A stretch of DNA of 64,000 nt from Rhodosorus marinus CCMP1338 (Eukaryota; Plantae; Rhodophyta), in the NCBI GenBank assembly GCA_029953675.1, contig JAMWBK010000002.1, positions 1,302,001-1,366,000 of the forward strand, in the 5' to 3' direction. Shown here one piece after another: positions 24,801-37,226 of this stretch. The translations under genes were made by a program, and so were the position numbers. The notes under the pieces were generated by a model. The model did not search any database, was not told the origin of the DNA, and was given only the letters and a program-made list of their open reading frames with translations. Positions within the stretch are counted from its first letter, which is position 1. Each line of letters starts with the position of its first letter.

Positions 24801-25189
24801 GGCACCTAGTACAAACTTTCATCTGCATTCCAAGGACTTTGTTTGAGCGATAATCATAGGATCAAGGTCCATCGGGGATTGAAACAAAGAGACGTCGATC
24901 TGCTGTCGACCACTTCACCGCTGAGACACAGCTGCGTTTGCCTCCTTGTGTGTCCTTGGCACGACCCTCGGCACTACCCTCGGCAGTTGGGGTTAGAGAT
25001 GCAGAGTTGGATACCACGAATGGACATCCCACGATTCGGAAGAACACCCAAGAGGCAGGGGGGATCTTTCAGATGTGCTACAGCGGTATCTCTGCGTTTC
25101 ATAACTCTTCTTACCACAAACCCCCCCCCGGGGTTCCTGCCCGATTATCTGTAGTACCTCCAGCAGTTCTTTCGTCGACTTCGGTCTGT

Positions 25190-27230
25190 TAAAGATCAGC
25201 GCGGCGGCTGACTTCAGCGATTTAGTTGCGTACGAGGGGTTCCTCAGCCTGCCAGTTGTGCCCTGGAGTACATCAGGTATACCATGTCTTCGCTGGTTTT
25301 TGTGGGTTCTTCCTGAGAGGTCGTGGATACTCCAAGCCCGACTACGTTACGAGAGGGACCATATACTTGTTAAATGAGATCTGGAGAATGCTTTAGATCG
25401 AGGGCTCGCCAAATGCATTCTTGACGCAGGTTCTCCCGAGTTGCCACCAATCTACTTTCTCGGCTACCGCCATGATGCGCACACGGCCCGTATCAATTCG
25501 GATCGCTTCCCGGAGAGGGCTCAGACCCCTCTCGGAGGGTCGACTGTTTCAAGGATCACGTACCATTGTACAACAAGGCGACGCACTCGCGTTGTCACCG
25601 TTTCTTAAGGCTCTGCGTGCGCTCTTTCCAAGCCTTACGGTAGTCGCTCTGCACGATGATATCAGCCTGGCTGGCCCCTACGAAGCCGTCCAAGAGGTCT
25701 TCCACTGGAGTCAACGTGTTTTGGGCTCTTTTGGTGCCAAGCTGCAACCTTCGAAGTGCGTACTATTTTGCTCAGAAGAGTGATTGGCCGCGACTCGTTA
25801 ACAACTATTTCCCTGGAGTGTTGCTCGGTACTCGCGAGGAATGTAGTTGCTTCTACGCTCCGTTCTCATGCAAACGGCCTTTTTCGTTCTCACAGCCTCC
25901 GGCAACTTGCATTTTACACACGCAAAGTTAGGAAAAGGGAATAAACTCCCGGAATGCGAGTTGCAAACTCGTTGACCTTGTTTTGCTATTGTGCTGGTCC
26001 TCGATTGGATTATCACCTGAGCTGATTGTCTCTTCTTTTTGGTTGAGGTTGTCGCTCAGAAGCTGATGTGATCACTTTGCGGATGTTGGATGCCCTGTGT
26101 GAGGGTTTGATTAGGACGCAAGGGCTTCCCTCTGAGGAACTCCATGACGTGAAAGCCCAGATTCGCGTGCCTGGTAATTGGGGCGAGCTCGCCCTGCTAC
26201 ATGTGTTCGCATCTAACAGATTGCTTTTTCCTTTTGCCTGCTTGGGTTCGCATTCTTCAGAACAACGCACCTGACAATGTTGTTCTCCGTGTTTGGACAC
26301 CGTATGTCGTCATGCCAACCCTACTGAGGACTTTGTCCTGGGAGATCTTACAAGTTCGTTTGATCGCTTGGAACAGCAGCTCTAGATCGCTAGCCGATGG
26401 ACGACTATCCGACTCGGTACCAGGACTCCTGCTCGTGCTCGACAACTTGCTGTTTGGCAACAGGCCCTGCCGTCTCCTGATGTAGTTCCCGCCTCTCTAT
26501 CTAATTTGTTCTCGCTACAACATGTGTTCTCCTAGGAGAGTTGCCGTAGAGCATTTGCGGAGATCGTGGAACCTTCTTCTCTAGTTAACCCCTAGCCGTC
26601 TTTAGCTCAGGGTTGTGGTCTCTCAATAAACGACCTGAGATGACCGCATTCGTGCCCATGTCCGATCTGCATCCGGCGCTGAAGCTGGAGGTTGTCGTCG
26701 AGGTCTTCCGAGCCCGGTATCCCGGCTCCTTTCCACTGAATAAATTCGATACAGCTTGCTACTCCCTTACTCTTTCTCGGCCCGCTTGGTCTCCGAACTA
26801 CTTTTGGATGTAACGCACGTACCAAGCGTCATACTCAAGATGGTATTCACCGCTTACTTCGCCGTTCAATGGCGGCGGGGAATTGGGCTTGGAGACATAA
26901 TCGCTTTCGCTATTAACTTTTGTCGCCTCCGGAAGTGGCACATTCATGAGGTTCATGTTGAGCCTGTTGTGGGACGGTACTGTTCAGGATGGATGAGGGT
27001 ACAATGCTGCGGGTTGGCTGGATGGGTTTGACTGGATTTCGAGAATGGATCAAAGGAGGGACCGAAGAAGGAGACGACCGAGGACCGATCCAGGGGCCTG
27101 GAGGGTTTCAGAGAGGGGCTGGAGAGGTTTGATTGGGTTTCGAAAAGGGAGGGAGCAAGTGAGGGACCCAAGAAGGGGCTGATCAGCAGTTTTCGGCGTC
27201 CAGGCAACGGGATATACCCTCAGGATTAGT
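25190..27230 (+). mobile_element. Degenerate CRE-like non-LTR retrotransposon (RT and downstream domains); may extend left to ~24.5 kb
   Basis: Frameshifted motifs in order: KDQRGG, ERSWILQARL, DLENA, VQQGDALALSPFLKALRALFPSLTVVALHDDISLAG..KLQPSKCVLF, AQIRVPGNWGELAL. Collinear with the fragment at 1-577. Confidence 0.85.
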
Positions 27231-27237
27231 AAGATGC

Positions 27238-27893
27238 TGAGTACTGATAGTGTCTATGTTGTGACAAGCTGTCACAGCCCAGTTTTTGAGTAAATCCTGC
27301 GATTTGTAAATCAGGAACGATGATCGGACCGACGATCATCGGCTCTGGGGACACGGTATGGAATATTGGTCGCCATGTCGTCCGGGCGGAAGCCTACCAG
27401 ACCTCTCGGACGAGGAGAGGTCGAAAATACAAGCGCTAAGTTTCTTTCACCCCGGTCTGCGACGACCTTCAGCCGTGTCCGATAAGCTTCAAGAGGGACT
27501 ATTCAGGAGTTACAACAGCAGCAGACTACGCCGACGCATGCGTGCAGCAGCCTTGAAAACAAGGAGATTCTAGTCTTATGTCGGTTCAGTGTCCGTGTAG
27601 CGATATGCTCTATCAGCATGCTAGCTGAGTGGCTCGCTACGGCCGCATCGGTTTGCACACTCTAGTTCCCCGTACCTACTCCGCATGGTGCCCTGCGTAG
27701 CGTCCAAGGCTGCTTCGGTAAAACAACCAGCAAGCAGAAGCAAGCTTGAGGGACTTCTCTCCCGAAAACAAAGGAAATGACGAACTGAGGACTTCCAGAA
27801 TTCACAAAACTTTTGGTTCCCACCTATCAAACGTGATTGGTGCTCAACTATACAATGTGACAGCTTGTCACCACATAAAACTATCAGAACTCA
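27238..27893. mobile_element. MITE-like non-autonomous element (~655 bp) with ~39-bp terminal inverted repeats
   Basis: 27238-27276 tgagtactgatagtgtctatgttgtgacaagctgtcaca versus 27856-27893 tgtgacagcttgtcaccacataaaactatcagaactca, a near-perfect reverse complement. No clear TSD and no transposase inside. Confidence 0.7.
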
Positions 27894-28298
27894 CTATTGG
27901 ATGCGCGTGAAAATTGAGACGAAAATTGGATCCTTTCAATACGGGTGAGGTAGCCTCTCTGTTCATACTGATGGCCGGCCTCGCAGGTCTTGGCCGCAGT
28001 TAGACTACGGGACGCGGTCCCTCTCGGAGCTCAACTTCACCGATGGGCTTGGTCGAGCAAATCCCTAGTCCGTCCTAACTCACTTCTCCCCCACTTTTCA
28101 GTAGCTTTCTGGTGAGTTTCGGAATAGCAGATAACTGCCACCATCGCTGAGGTTGACAGGTACGCCGTCTCGGTTGGCTTGGCTCGAGGGCGCAACAAAT
28201 TCGCAACACTTCCTTTTTGTATGTCAGTTGAGGAATATCCTAGGTGTGAAATGTTTGTACAGTTCCGAGAAGTCGGCGATATTACACAGTGAGGGGTG

Positions 28299-31200
28299 CT
28301 ACTTCACCAGCGTGCTTTGCTTTTCCAAGTCTAGAATCGTTGCCTGGACAGTGTTGACCTTCTCCTGCAGAACAGCAGCCTGTTCTCGCGTCTCATTGAC
28401 AACATGTTCTGGTGCTTTTTCCGCGAAATTCGATGAGTTCAAGCGGTTTAGAAGACCGTTCAAGTCCTTCTCCGCCTTCGCCAGCTGCTTTTCCAGGCGC
28501 GCTATTTCTTTGTCAAAATCTACCAAGCCTTTCATTGGCAAAAACGCTTGCAGGCTCTCGGACACTATCAAACTGACAGATGTCTCGCTTTCAGGCAACT
28601 CAACAGAACCAGACTTTCCTATTGTAACCTTGTCCTTGTCCACCTGTTCAAAGACGAATCAAAGAGGGCTCAGCAAGACAACACAAAACAAAGAAAACGA
28701 GTACAACACAACAGGCCAAGCTTCAAATGCAGTCCATCAAGGGAGATTGTTACCTTGGCCATCAGCGCTAGAATTCCAGCCTCATTTCCAAGATCTCGCA
28801 CGAGTTGGTCTTCATCGGCTACCACAGTCATTTCAATTTTCTTTTGGGGTTCGACTTGGTACTCTAAGCGGGCATTGCGGACCATCCTCGTCAAAGCCTG
28901 GATCTGGTTGAATCTGTTGATTGCTTCCTCGTCAACCTGACCAACTTCTGGCCAAGCTGCGGATATCAGTGCTGACTCCTTCTCGTGATTGTGCGGAATC
29001 CTCTGCCACAGTGCCTCAGTAACGAATGGCATGAACGGATGCAAAAGTCTTAGACAGCTGTCCAACACATAGACAAGTGTTTTACGGGATGCTTTCTTTG
29101 CATTTTCATCATCTCCAAACATCCTCGTCTTGGACGTCTCAATGTACCAGTCCGCAAACTCGTCCCAAAGAAAGTCATGCACCAAGCGCCCCGACTCCCC
29201 AAAGCTGTACGATTCCAAGCTGTTTGTGACAGACGCCTGAAGCTGGTGGAGCCGCGAGATAATGTACCGCTCGGGAAGCGCTAGATCCGCTATCTCATTG
29301 CGGAAGTTAGAATGGAAGACGTCATCGAGGGTTGACCTCTCCTCCTCAGCGAGGTCCGCCAGGCTCCCGACGATGTAGCGACCAACGTTCCAAAGCTTGT
29401 TCGCAAAGTTCCTGTTCGTCTCAATCCTCTCCATAGACAGGGAGATGTCCTGCCCAGGAGTAGACCCCGTAACCAAAGAGTAGCGCAATGCATCCGTTCC
29501 ATAGTTGTCGATCACCTCAAGAGGATCAATAACATTTCCCAGCGTCTTGCTCATTTTTCGCCCTTTAGAGTCTCGAACAAGCCCGTGAAGGTAAACAGTT
29601 TCGAAAGGAACCTTTCCAGTCAGTTCAATACCCATCATTATCATACGAGCCACCCAAAAGAAAAGAATGTCGTATCCCGTCTCCATAACGGTGGTCGGGT
29701 AGAACCTCTTCAGGTCTTCTGAGTCCTCTTCAGGCCAGTTTAAAGTTGAGAAAGGCCACAGACCGGACGAAAACCAAGTGTCAAGAACATCCGTGTCGCG
29801 AGTAAGTGTAACATCAGAACCAAACTTCTCCCGGCCCATTTCATATGCCTCTTCCTCGTTTGCCGCCACAATGAACTCGTTCTCGTTGGTACCGTCCACG
29901 TACCACACCGGAATCTGATGGCCCCACCACAGTTGTCGGGAGATGCACCAGTCATGTATGTTCTCAAGCCAGTGTTCATAGGTTTTCTCGAAGCGCTCGG
30001 GTACAATGCTGATTTCACCGGAACGTACAGCTTCAAGAGCAGGCTCGGCGAGGCTTTCCATACGCACAAACCACTGCTTCGAAACCAGGGGTTCGACCAC
30101 CTCTCCTCCGCGCTGCGACCGAGGAACCCTGTTCGTGTACTTCTCTGCTTTTATAGCGATTCCGTTTTCTTCAAGGTCCTTCCAAAGCGCATTTCGGCAC
30201 TCAAACCGGTCCATCCCAGCGTACTGGCCGCACAACTCGTTCATTGTTGCGTCCTTGTTCAAGATGCACATCGTTTCGAGCTGATGGCGCTTGCCAATTT
30301 CGTAGTCGTTCACGTCATGCCCCGGGGTAATCTTCAAAGCTCCCGTCCCGAATTCCATGTCCACGTAGTCATCGGTGATGATGGGAATTGTGCGTCCCGT
30401 CATGGGCACCACGCACTGACGACCAATCAGGTGCTTGTATCTCTCGTCCTCAGGATGAACGCACACTGCAGTATCCCCAAGGATAGTCTCAGGTCGCGTT
30501 GTTGCTACCGGAAGGTACGTTGTCTTCCCCTCTGTTTCCAGATCATGAGAATCCGCTATTCCGTACTGGAAGTGGTAGAGGAAGCCATCTTCCTCCGTAA
30601 ACTCGACCTCCAAGTCACTCACTGCAGTCTGCAAGTTGGGGCTCCAGTTTACCATATACTCCCCACGATAAATTAAGCCACGCTCGTGAAGCGTTGTAAA
30701 AGTTGCCACAACAGCCTCACAAAGCTTTTCATCCATTGTAAATCTTTCTCTGGACCAGTCGCAACTAGCGCCCAGCCGGCGAATCTGCTTCGTAATGTAG
30801 CCTCCCTTTTCCATCTTCCACTGCCAGACACGGTCAACAAAAGCTTCTCTGCCAATCTCCTGACGGCTCCGCCCCTCTGCTGCGAGGGTCTTTTCTACTT
30901 GCAGCTGTGTAGCGATTCCCGCGTGATCAGTACCTGGTAACCACAGGGTAGGACGCCCCTTCATTCGGTTATATCGCGTCATGATGTCTTCTAAGGTGGT
31001 GAACATTGCATGTCCCATATGAAGTCCGCCAGTAACATTCGGTGGAGGCATAGAAATTACAAAGGGGTCCTCGTTCGGCGACCCATCGCTGGATGGTTTG
31101 AAAGCGCCAGTACTCTCCCACCAGGTATACAGCAATTGCTCGACCTGCGAAGGGTCATATCTCGTTGCCATTTCCTCTGAGGTATCGAAAGGAGTTTGCA

Positions 31201-31402
31201 ACGCTTCCTTCCCAGCGGACATCGATGTCACCGTTCTTTTTGCTGATCTCCCGACAGAGGAAAATGTTTGGATCGCTACCGGCCGATCTAAACAAAATCT
31301 GGATATGTGGGGTAACCTGCCACACCTAGATGTAGAAGACCCACATCGCCCGGCGATACCGACGCCGGGGACAAACGCCCACCTCGCCGCTCCAGTTCCC
31401 AT
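28299..31402 (-). CDS. valS: Valyl-tRNA synthetase, organellar (bacterial-type), 997 aa; exons 31402-28754 and 28643-28299
   Basis: PPPNVTGGLHMGHA (HIGH), WLPGTDHAGIATQ, DWCISRQLWWGH, DVLDTWFSSGLWPF, KMSKTLGN, C-terminal coiled coil (KEIARLEKQL). N-terminal WAFV.. transit-like peptide. Confidence 0.97.
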
Positions 31403-32817
31403 ACTAGACAGTACAATTCCCGTCTTCTCCCTCCTACAGCTCTGGAATTGCCAAGCCAGATCAAGTCCGTCACCTTCAAGATGATCCAACCGCGCAACCG
31501 CGCAACCTCCGCAACAATGTAACCTGGAAAGCCCGGACCCTCTTCCTGGCGAAGTGGATCCCAACTTCAAGATCCGGCCCAGACCAGAGAACCTCCTCCC
31601 GCAGTTAATACAATACCTGTTACACACTCTCCTCCCCACCCACCCGAACCCAAAACCCCCATCTCCCCCCCGCGTTCTCACACTCACCGTCAACAAGCGC
31701 CCGCTCTTGCCAGCTCTAAAGCCGTCCACTTCTAATCGAAACTCTCCACATGTAAGGAAAGCCCTGAACAAAAAAGGCCTTCAAAATCTCGATCGAACTT
31801 GCCATAAATTTTAAAAAAAATCAAAATATCCCACCCACCACCCTTCCCCCCTTCCCGCTTCCCCTCCCCTCTTTCTCACCCATGGTTCACATCTGCGGCA
31901 GTTCAAAAAAATGTTCTGTTTCTCTGTTCCAATAATACAGCCTCCCAAAAAACAAAAAACATGGTTCTGAATTAAAAACGACGAAATCCTACCCGTATGA
32001 TTTTTGATATTGTATTCCAAGTGGAATAGAAATACTCGACCGAGGGGTCTTACTTAGCCATATCCACTCCTTCCCCCCTTTCAGGTCTTCCTTCTCGACA
32101 CGTACCTTTTCGGCTCAGCATTTCGCTTCTACCCATTGACAAAAATAATTCTATCTCCTGTCGTTGGGACGGAAAATTCTGGTTGCGAAGGTAATATTTC
32201 TAAAATACATTTTCGGAAATTTTGGGTTGAGTTCATACCCCCCTTATCGGTATCTGGTCCCACGGCTTCCGCGTATTGTGAAAGTTTGAAAAAGGGTGAG
32301 GTGAGTGGGAAAGAACTTTTGGTGATCTCAGTCGCGACGGGATACTTTACAATTATCCGTTGAAAACGGAGGTAGAAACGGAGTGCTCAATTTCTTCCAA
32401 AAAGATGAAGACATCGGTTGAATGAGTTTCAGATGTATTTTGAAGGGATGATTTTTTTCTACCAAAAAACAAATGGACATCCGCCAGGATTTCCTTTCCC
32501 CCTGCGAGGAAGGGGATCGTTTTGGCCAGTTGGAATTGATCAGGTACTAAGCTGGTTGCTGAATAAACCGATCCTCTCTCTCGTCACGGCAACAGACCGT
32601 CTACAGTCTCGTATGGGCTGGAATAGATTTCTTTTTTGGCGTTTTCGCGTCCCAAAATTAAGGCCCTAGCTCTTCGATCCGAGCGCTTCAAGTCGAGAAC
32701 GATTGTCAAGTGATTGGGACTGGTCGCGTGTAAGATAAAGAGAAAAGCGAAGCTATCCTTGCCCCTCAGCAAGACTCAACGGACTGGTTTCCCTTAAATA
32801 CATCAAACCGGTTCTGT

Positions 32818-35125
32818 CTAGTCAACACGAACAGCAGCAAATATCCTCCGCACGAACGTTCGGCTCGCCAAAAAGCCTACCGACCCAGTCATCAGGGTAA
32901 AGCCCTGGGAAATGAGTACTGTGTAGCAGAAGTACAAGCAAACGCTTGCGAGGTGCATGTTTCCCAAATTTTGGTTGCCGAGGAAGAAGAGGAGACCATA
33001 CAAAAATACATACAATCCGCTAGACCCGGATGACCAAAAAGAAGTCCACCACCATCTGTAGTCCTCCTGAGACAGAATCAGGTACGACAACACCAGGCTC
33101 ACTTCTACGCAGGCAATCTGTTCAGTTCACGTTAAAGCTTGTCAGTTGACCTGATGACCTGTCAAAGCGCCGCACTCAGTTCGAATCAAAGGGGGCAAGC
33201 GTACCATTAATAACAGGAATACACTGCACAAAAACCCCGCCATTATATAGGCGTTTCTCTGCCACAATGCTTCCATGACGAACTGAAGCTCCATGAAGAC
33301 AACGACAAAGGGGATCAATCCGCTCAAGAAGCAGAATACTCTCGGCGGAACCTTTGAGTATTCTGGTATCTCCCTGGGCAAAGGGTTGGTAGGACAAGGG
33401 TACTCCCTCAGTTTCTGTTTATACCCGAGGAATGCTCCTGTCGGATGGGAAAATTAGAAGCACGTGGACGATGGTCTAGACGGTCAGGTCGAGACACAGC
33501 GAAACCAATGAATGAAAGCTCGAAACCTACCGAACACATTCAGCGGAACGGACAACGCCAGCCACAAGAGGAGTAGCTGGAGTAACGTAAGGAATCTGAC
33601 GGCTGCTGATGATCCAGCAACGGAGAGCACCAAATTGACGAAAAAGAACGTCGCAAACATGCTCCCAGAAAAAAAGAACGCCGAGCCGAGGGTCACAACC
33701 TTTCTATTCTTCCCACCGAATTCAGAATGCAGCAAGGCTGAGACGAAGCCTGCAAGAACAGAGGTCAGCACCCAGAGAAGTATCAGAGAAGTGAGCAGCC
33801 CGCCTCTGTACGCTGGCGACCAAAACCCGAGGAGCGAAAAGGCCAAGGTGATGACCACGATCACTGTGATTTGTGTTCCGCATCCAACACAGATTGACAA
33901 GTACTCCTTATACTGTGGCGGGCGAAATACATCTCCATGAACTTGCTTCCAACCCGATTCCGCTTCAATCTCATCGGCAGAGTCCAAATTATCATACCGA
34001 GCGTAGTCAAGGTACACAGTCCGTGCCAAAATCATTGCGACCAAGAAGCTTAGGGTGAATATGACAAGCAGTGAATATAACAAGTAACGCTTGTGGAACA
34101 AAACTGCCGCTTGGTCGGTCACTAGTAGCGGATCCCATCGTGTCGCCCAGTGCAGCTCCTTGTCTTCAACAAACTCGACGTTGTAGGAAAACGTTATGAT
34201 CTGGCCGACGGGATTGCTTGGGTCAAGCTCCATCTCCTCCCCGGGTTTATCCATTTCACATCCTTCCAGAGCTCCGTTCGTCATGATATTTTCATCAGAG
34301 CGTGGTTGCACCTCGAATCCAACAACGCGGTACTGGTCGTCGTCGCCAACAGCAGATAAATCGGAAACTGACTGCGGGGAAGCTCGATGATATTTTATAC
34401 GGAATTGGAGATGGTTGAAAATTGCTGGCCTGTATTCATATATCAATTTGTTCGCTTTCGTTGGGATCTGTTTTTTCTTTCCGAGCGGTACTCCCACAGA
34501 AATTTTGGGACCCTATCGATATTTTGGCAGAAGATGGAGGAAGTACATCATGGTCAGCCGCTGCGAACACTACCCCCCAGGCAAAAGCTCCTTGATCCAT
34601 CAAGAAGTTGGTCGTGTACACTAAAAGTGCTTCATTGGGTGGTCTTTTCAGCAAAGGGTGGACAATCAATCTCATGGGGCTCACCTTAGGAGTCTCCTCC
34701 CTCATTACTGCAGGCATATTGTCAACGTTTAAAGAAACGAAATAGCCGTTCATTATTTTGTCAGCAAACTTTTGGACCTCATCCGAAGTGAAGTGCTGCG
34801 AGCAGTACACCTGGCAAGTCTCATTCGCCAGCATGTTTATCCTGTAGTCAGTAAGCTGATTTCGCTGTCCTAACAGGATCTCACCCAAGTTTAAATGCTG
34901 CTGCCTCAACGTCTCTGGAGGTCCTCGGCAGAACGGCAGGCTGAAGTACTCGTAGGGCAACTGACCCGCAAAACCAGGCGCGAACAACCGATCCGCGTAC
35001 ACCGGCAAAGGAAATCCCTCTTCAAAGTTTTCCTGCGCTATTCCAGGTAAATAAAATCCATCACAGGCCCTACAAAACAGTGCGAAAACAATCAACAAAG
35101 CAAACCCTAGGCTCCTTCCCGCCAT
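32818..35125 (-). CDS. Transmembrane 9 superfamily (TM9SF/EMP70) protein, paralogue 2; exons 35125-34685, 34512-33531, 33437-33205, 33117-32818
   Basis: FYLPG, LPYEYFSLPFC, FNHLQF, HWATRWD, ESGWKQVHGDVFRPP, EDYRWWWTSF, RRIFAAVRVD*. Confidence 0.95.
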
Positions 35126-36024
35126 CTCGAGCCACCCTACCCAAGCCCAACCAAGGAGAACCCCACTCCCGCACGCGATTCCACAGAGAGTGTAACTCAC
35201 AGAGTACTTCTTGAGAGGACTCCTAATCTGTCTTTCCTTAATTTCAAAATGTTCTCCTCGAAAACACCAAAACTTCCTCCTCGTGCCACTCGCTCCGCTC
35301 CAATTTCCCCTCCATCAATACCGTGATCAAAAAAGGAACTTTTATTTTTCGTTAACAAAAAGCATGAAAGGCTCAATATCTAATCGAAGTTTACCACCCG
35401 TCTTTAAACACCAATAGCTGCCAGCAAAACCACGTTGAATTCTACGCTTTTCCGTAGCATTATAAAATATTAGTTTTGTCTCGTTTCATGTACACCGAGA
35501 ATCGCTAAAGTTGTACATGGAACCCCGGCTGTGTCCATGTAATTCCATGTTTTTAACTATATATGTGAATATATTTATTACTTGGAGAATAAACTTAAAT
35601 GTTTACCCTTTATTTTCATGATTAGGTCGACTAATAAAACTATGAAGAACAATATTGATAGGAATACAGATGATGATTGGTTGTATGCTTACATTAAAAC
35701 TCAAACGGACTTCATCATTGGATTTTGGATGATACTCAATCATTTAGCGTGGAGAGGGGTTTATTCATTGGTTGCATGTGGTTTTTGCCTGGGGTTTTAA
35801 GGTTCATTACCTGGATGTTGTTGTGGATAGAGATGGGTGGGGGGGGGGTTTGACACATCACATGACGGTCAGTCTGGGATCGTATCCTATGAGGTTAGTC
35901 CGACATGGAATTGTCTCCGTAAACATTGAGTTTACACTGTTCTTGGCTAAGTCTCTGCGACTTTCAGTCGGTGTTGAAAGGCAGTGAAATCTGATCCCGA
36001 TCCGTGGTGTTCGTTTTGGAAAGA

Positions 36025-36778
36025 ATGGATCAGGAGTTGTTAGGTCGGAGCGCCTTGGTGTCTACCTTGAAAACGATTGCTGTTTTGGTGAACTCGGTAG
36101 TCGCGTTCTTCCTGTCGGAATTGTACTTTTGGAGAATCCGACGCCCGTCGGGAAAGAGGTATCCGATTGTTCAGGACGTGATTCGGCTATATGAACAAGG
36201 AGGTACGTGTCCGGCCAAATTTGGATCCTAAGGTCACTCCTTTAATGGCCTCGACTCAGCGACTGAATGCCTGTACTCACTATGGCCGAAAAGGAGACAG
36301 CCATGTTCGCCTCTACGGAGATTCCGTTGTCTACGAGGACCCATTCCTGAGATTCCAGGGCAAAAATGAACTGCAAAGGGCCTTCGACATCCTCGGATTA
36401 CAGTTCAACAGCACGCGAATAACTCGGTATGCACCTTTCTGGAAGACGAACCAGCTGCTGCGGATATACAACGTTCAAGAGTATACTCTTAAGGTTGGAC
36501 TCACTCTCGTCATTCCGTCGAAGATCGACCTGGTATTCGGTACAGTTTCCCCAACCCAGAACCATTGAGCGGTCATGCTTCCAGATCCACTCCTTTTTCT
36601 CACGAGACCTCTCTACGCACTGACTGAAAAAGATGAAAGCGGCAAGATCATCGCACATAGAGATCACACCTTCTACCTGCCCATAATCGGCGAAGAGACA
36701 TGGGGCATTGTAGCTACCCCAATTCAAGCCCTCAGGCGACTTGGCGCGCAATGTCTTTGCTCATTCCTAGAGACATGA
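36025..36778 (+). CDS. NTF2/SnoaL-like fold protein of unknown function (189 aa); exons 36025-36202, 36294-36539, 36633-36778
   Basis: LYGDSVVYEDPFLRFQGKNELQRAF..IDLVF|DESGKIIAHRDH pattern typical of NTF2-like/DUF2358-type proteins; the splicing keeps the frame (570 nt). Hydrophobic N-terminal segment. Confidence 0.65.
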
Positions 36779-37226
36779 CGAAAATACCGTTTTCTTGCTG
36801 ACCGCAGCTGAAGTACGGCTTTGTAGAGCATCTAGAGGACAATCGTGACTTATTAACCACGGCTTAAATGCAACTTTCGATAAAAAATCGACCATCTCCA
36901 AAGATTTGCTTCGGCCGTTTTGATCAATAGATCAGGTCCACTGCAACCATACGGCCAACAACGATACCCAAATAAATGGTTTCCTCGTCGCCTAAATGTT
37001 TCTCAGCTGTCAACTGGTGTCCAGTACAGTTTTCCCGAATGTTGACATGTAGATCTTGGTCCGTTGCTGGGACCTTAAAAAACTCGAATTGGTTGCTCTG
37101 CGCGACATTTCCAATCGCTCAGCCGTGCGATCTCGATGGCCTGAGCTGCTGCGCTGATGGTAATGAATGAGGCGGCGGTCGGCATTCCTGAAGCGATCAT
37201 ATCAGGGTCGCTGAATTGTTTCCGAT

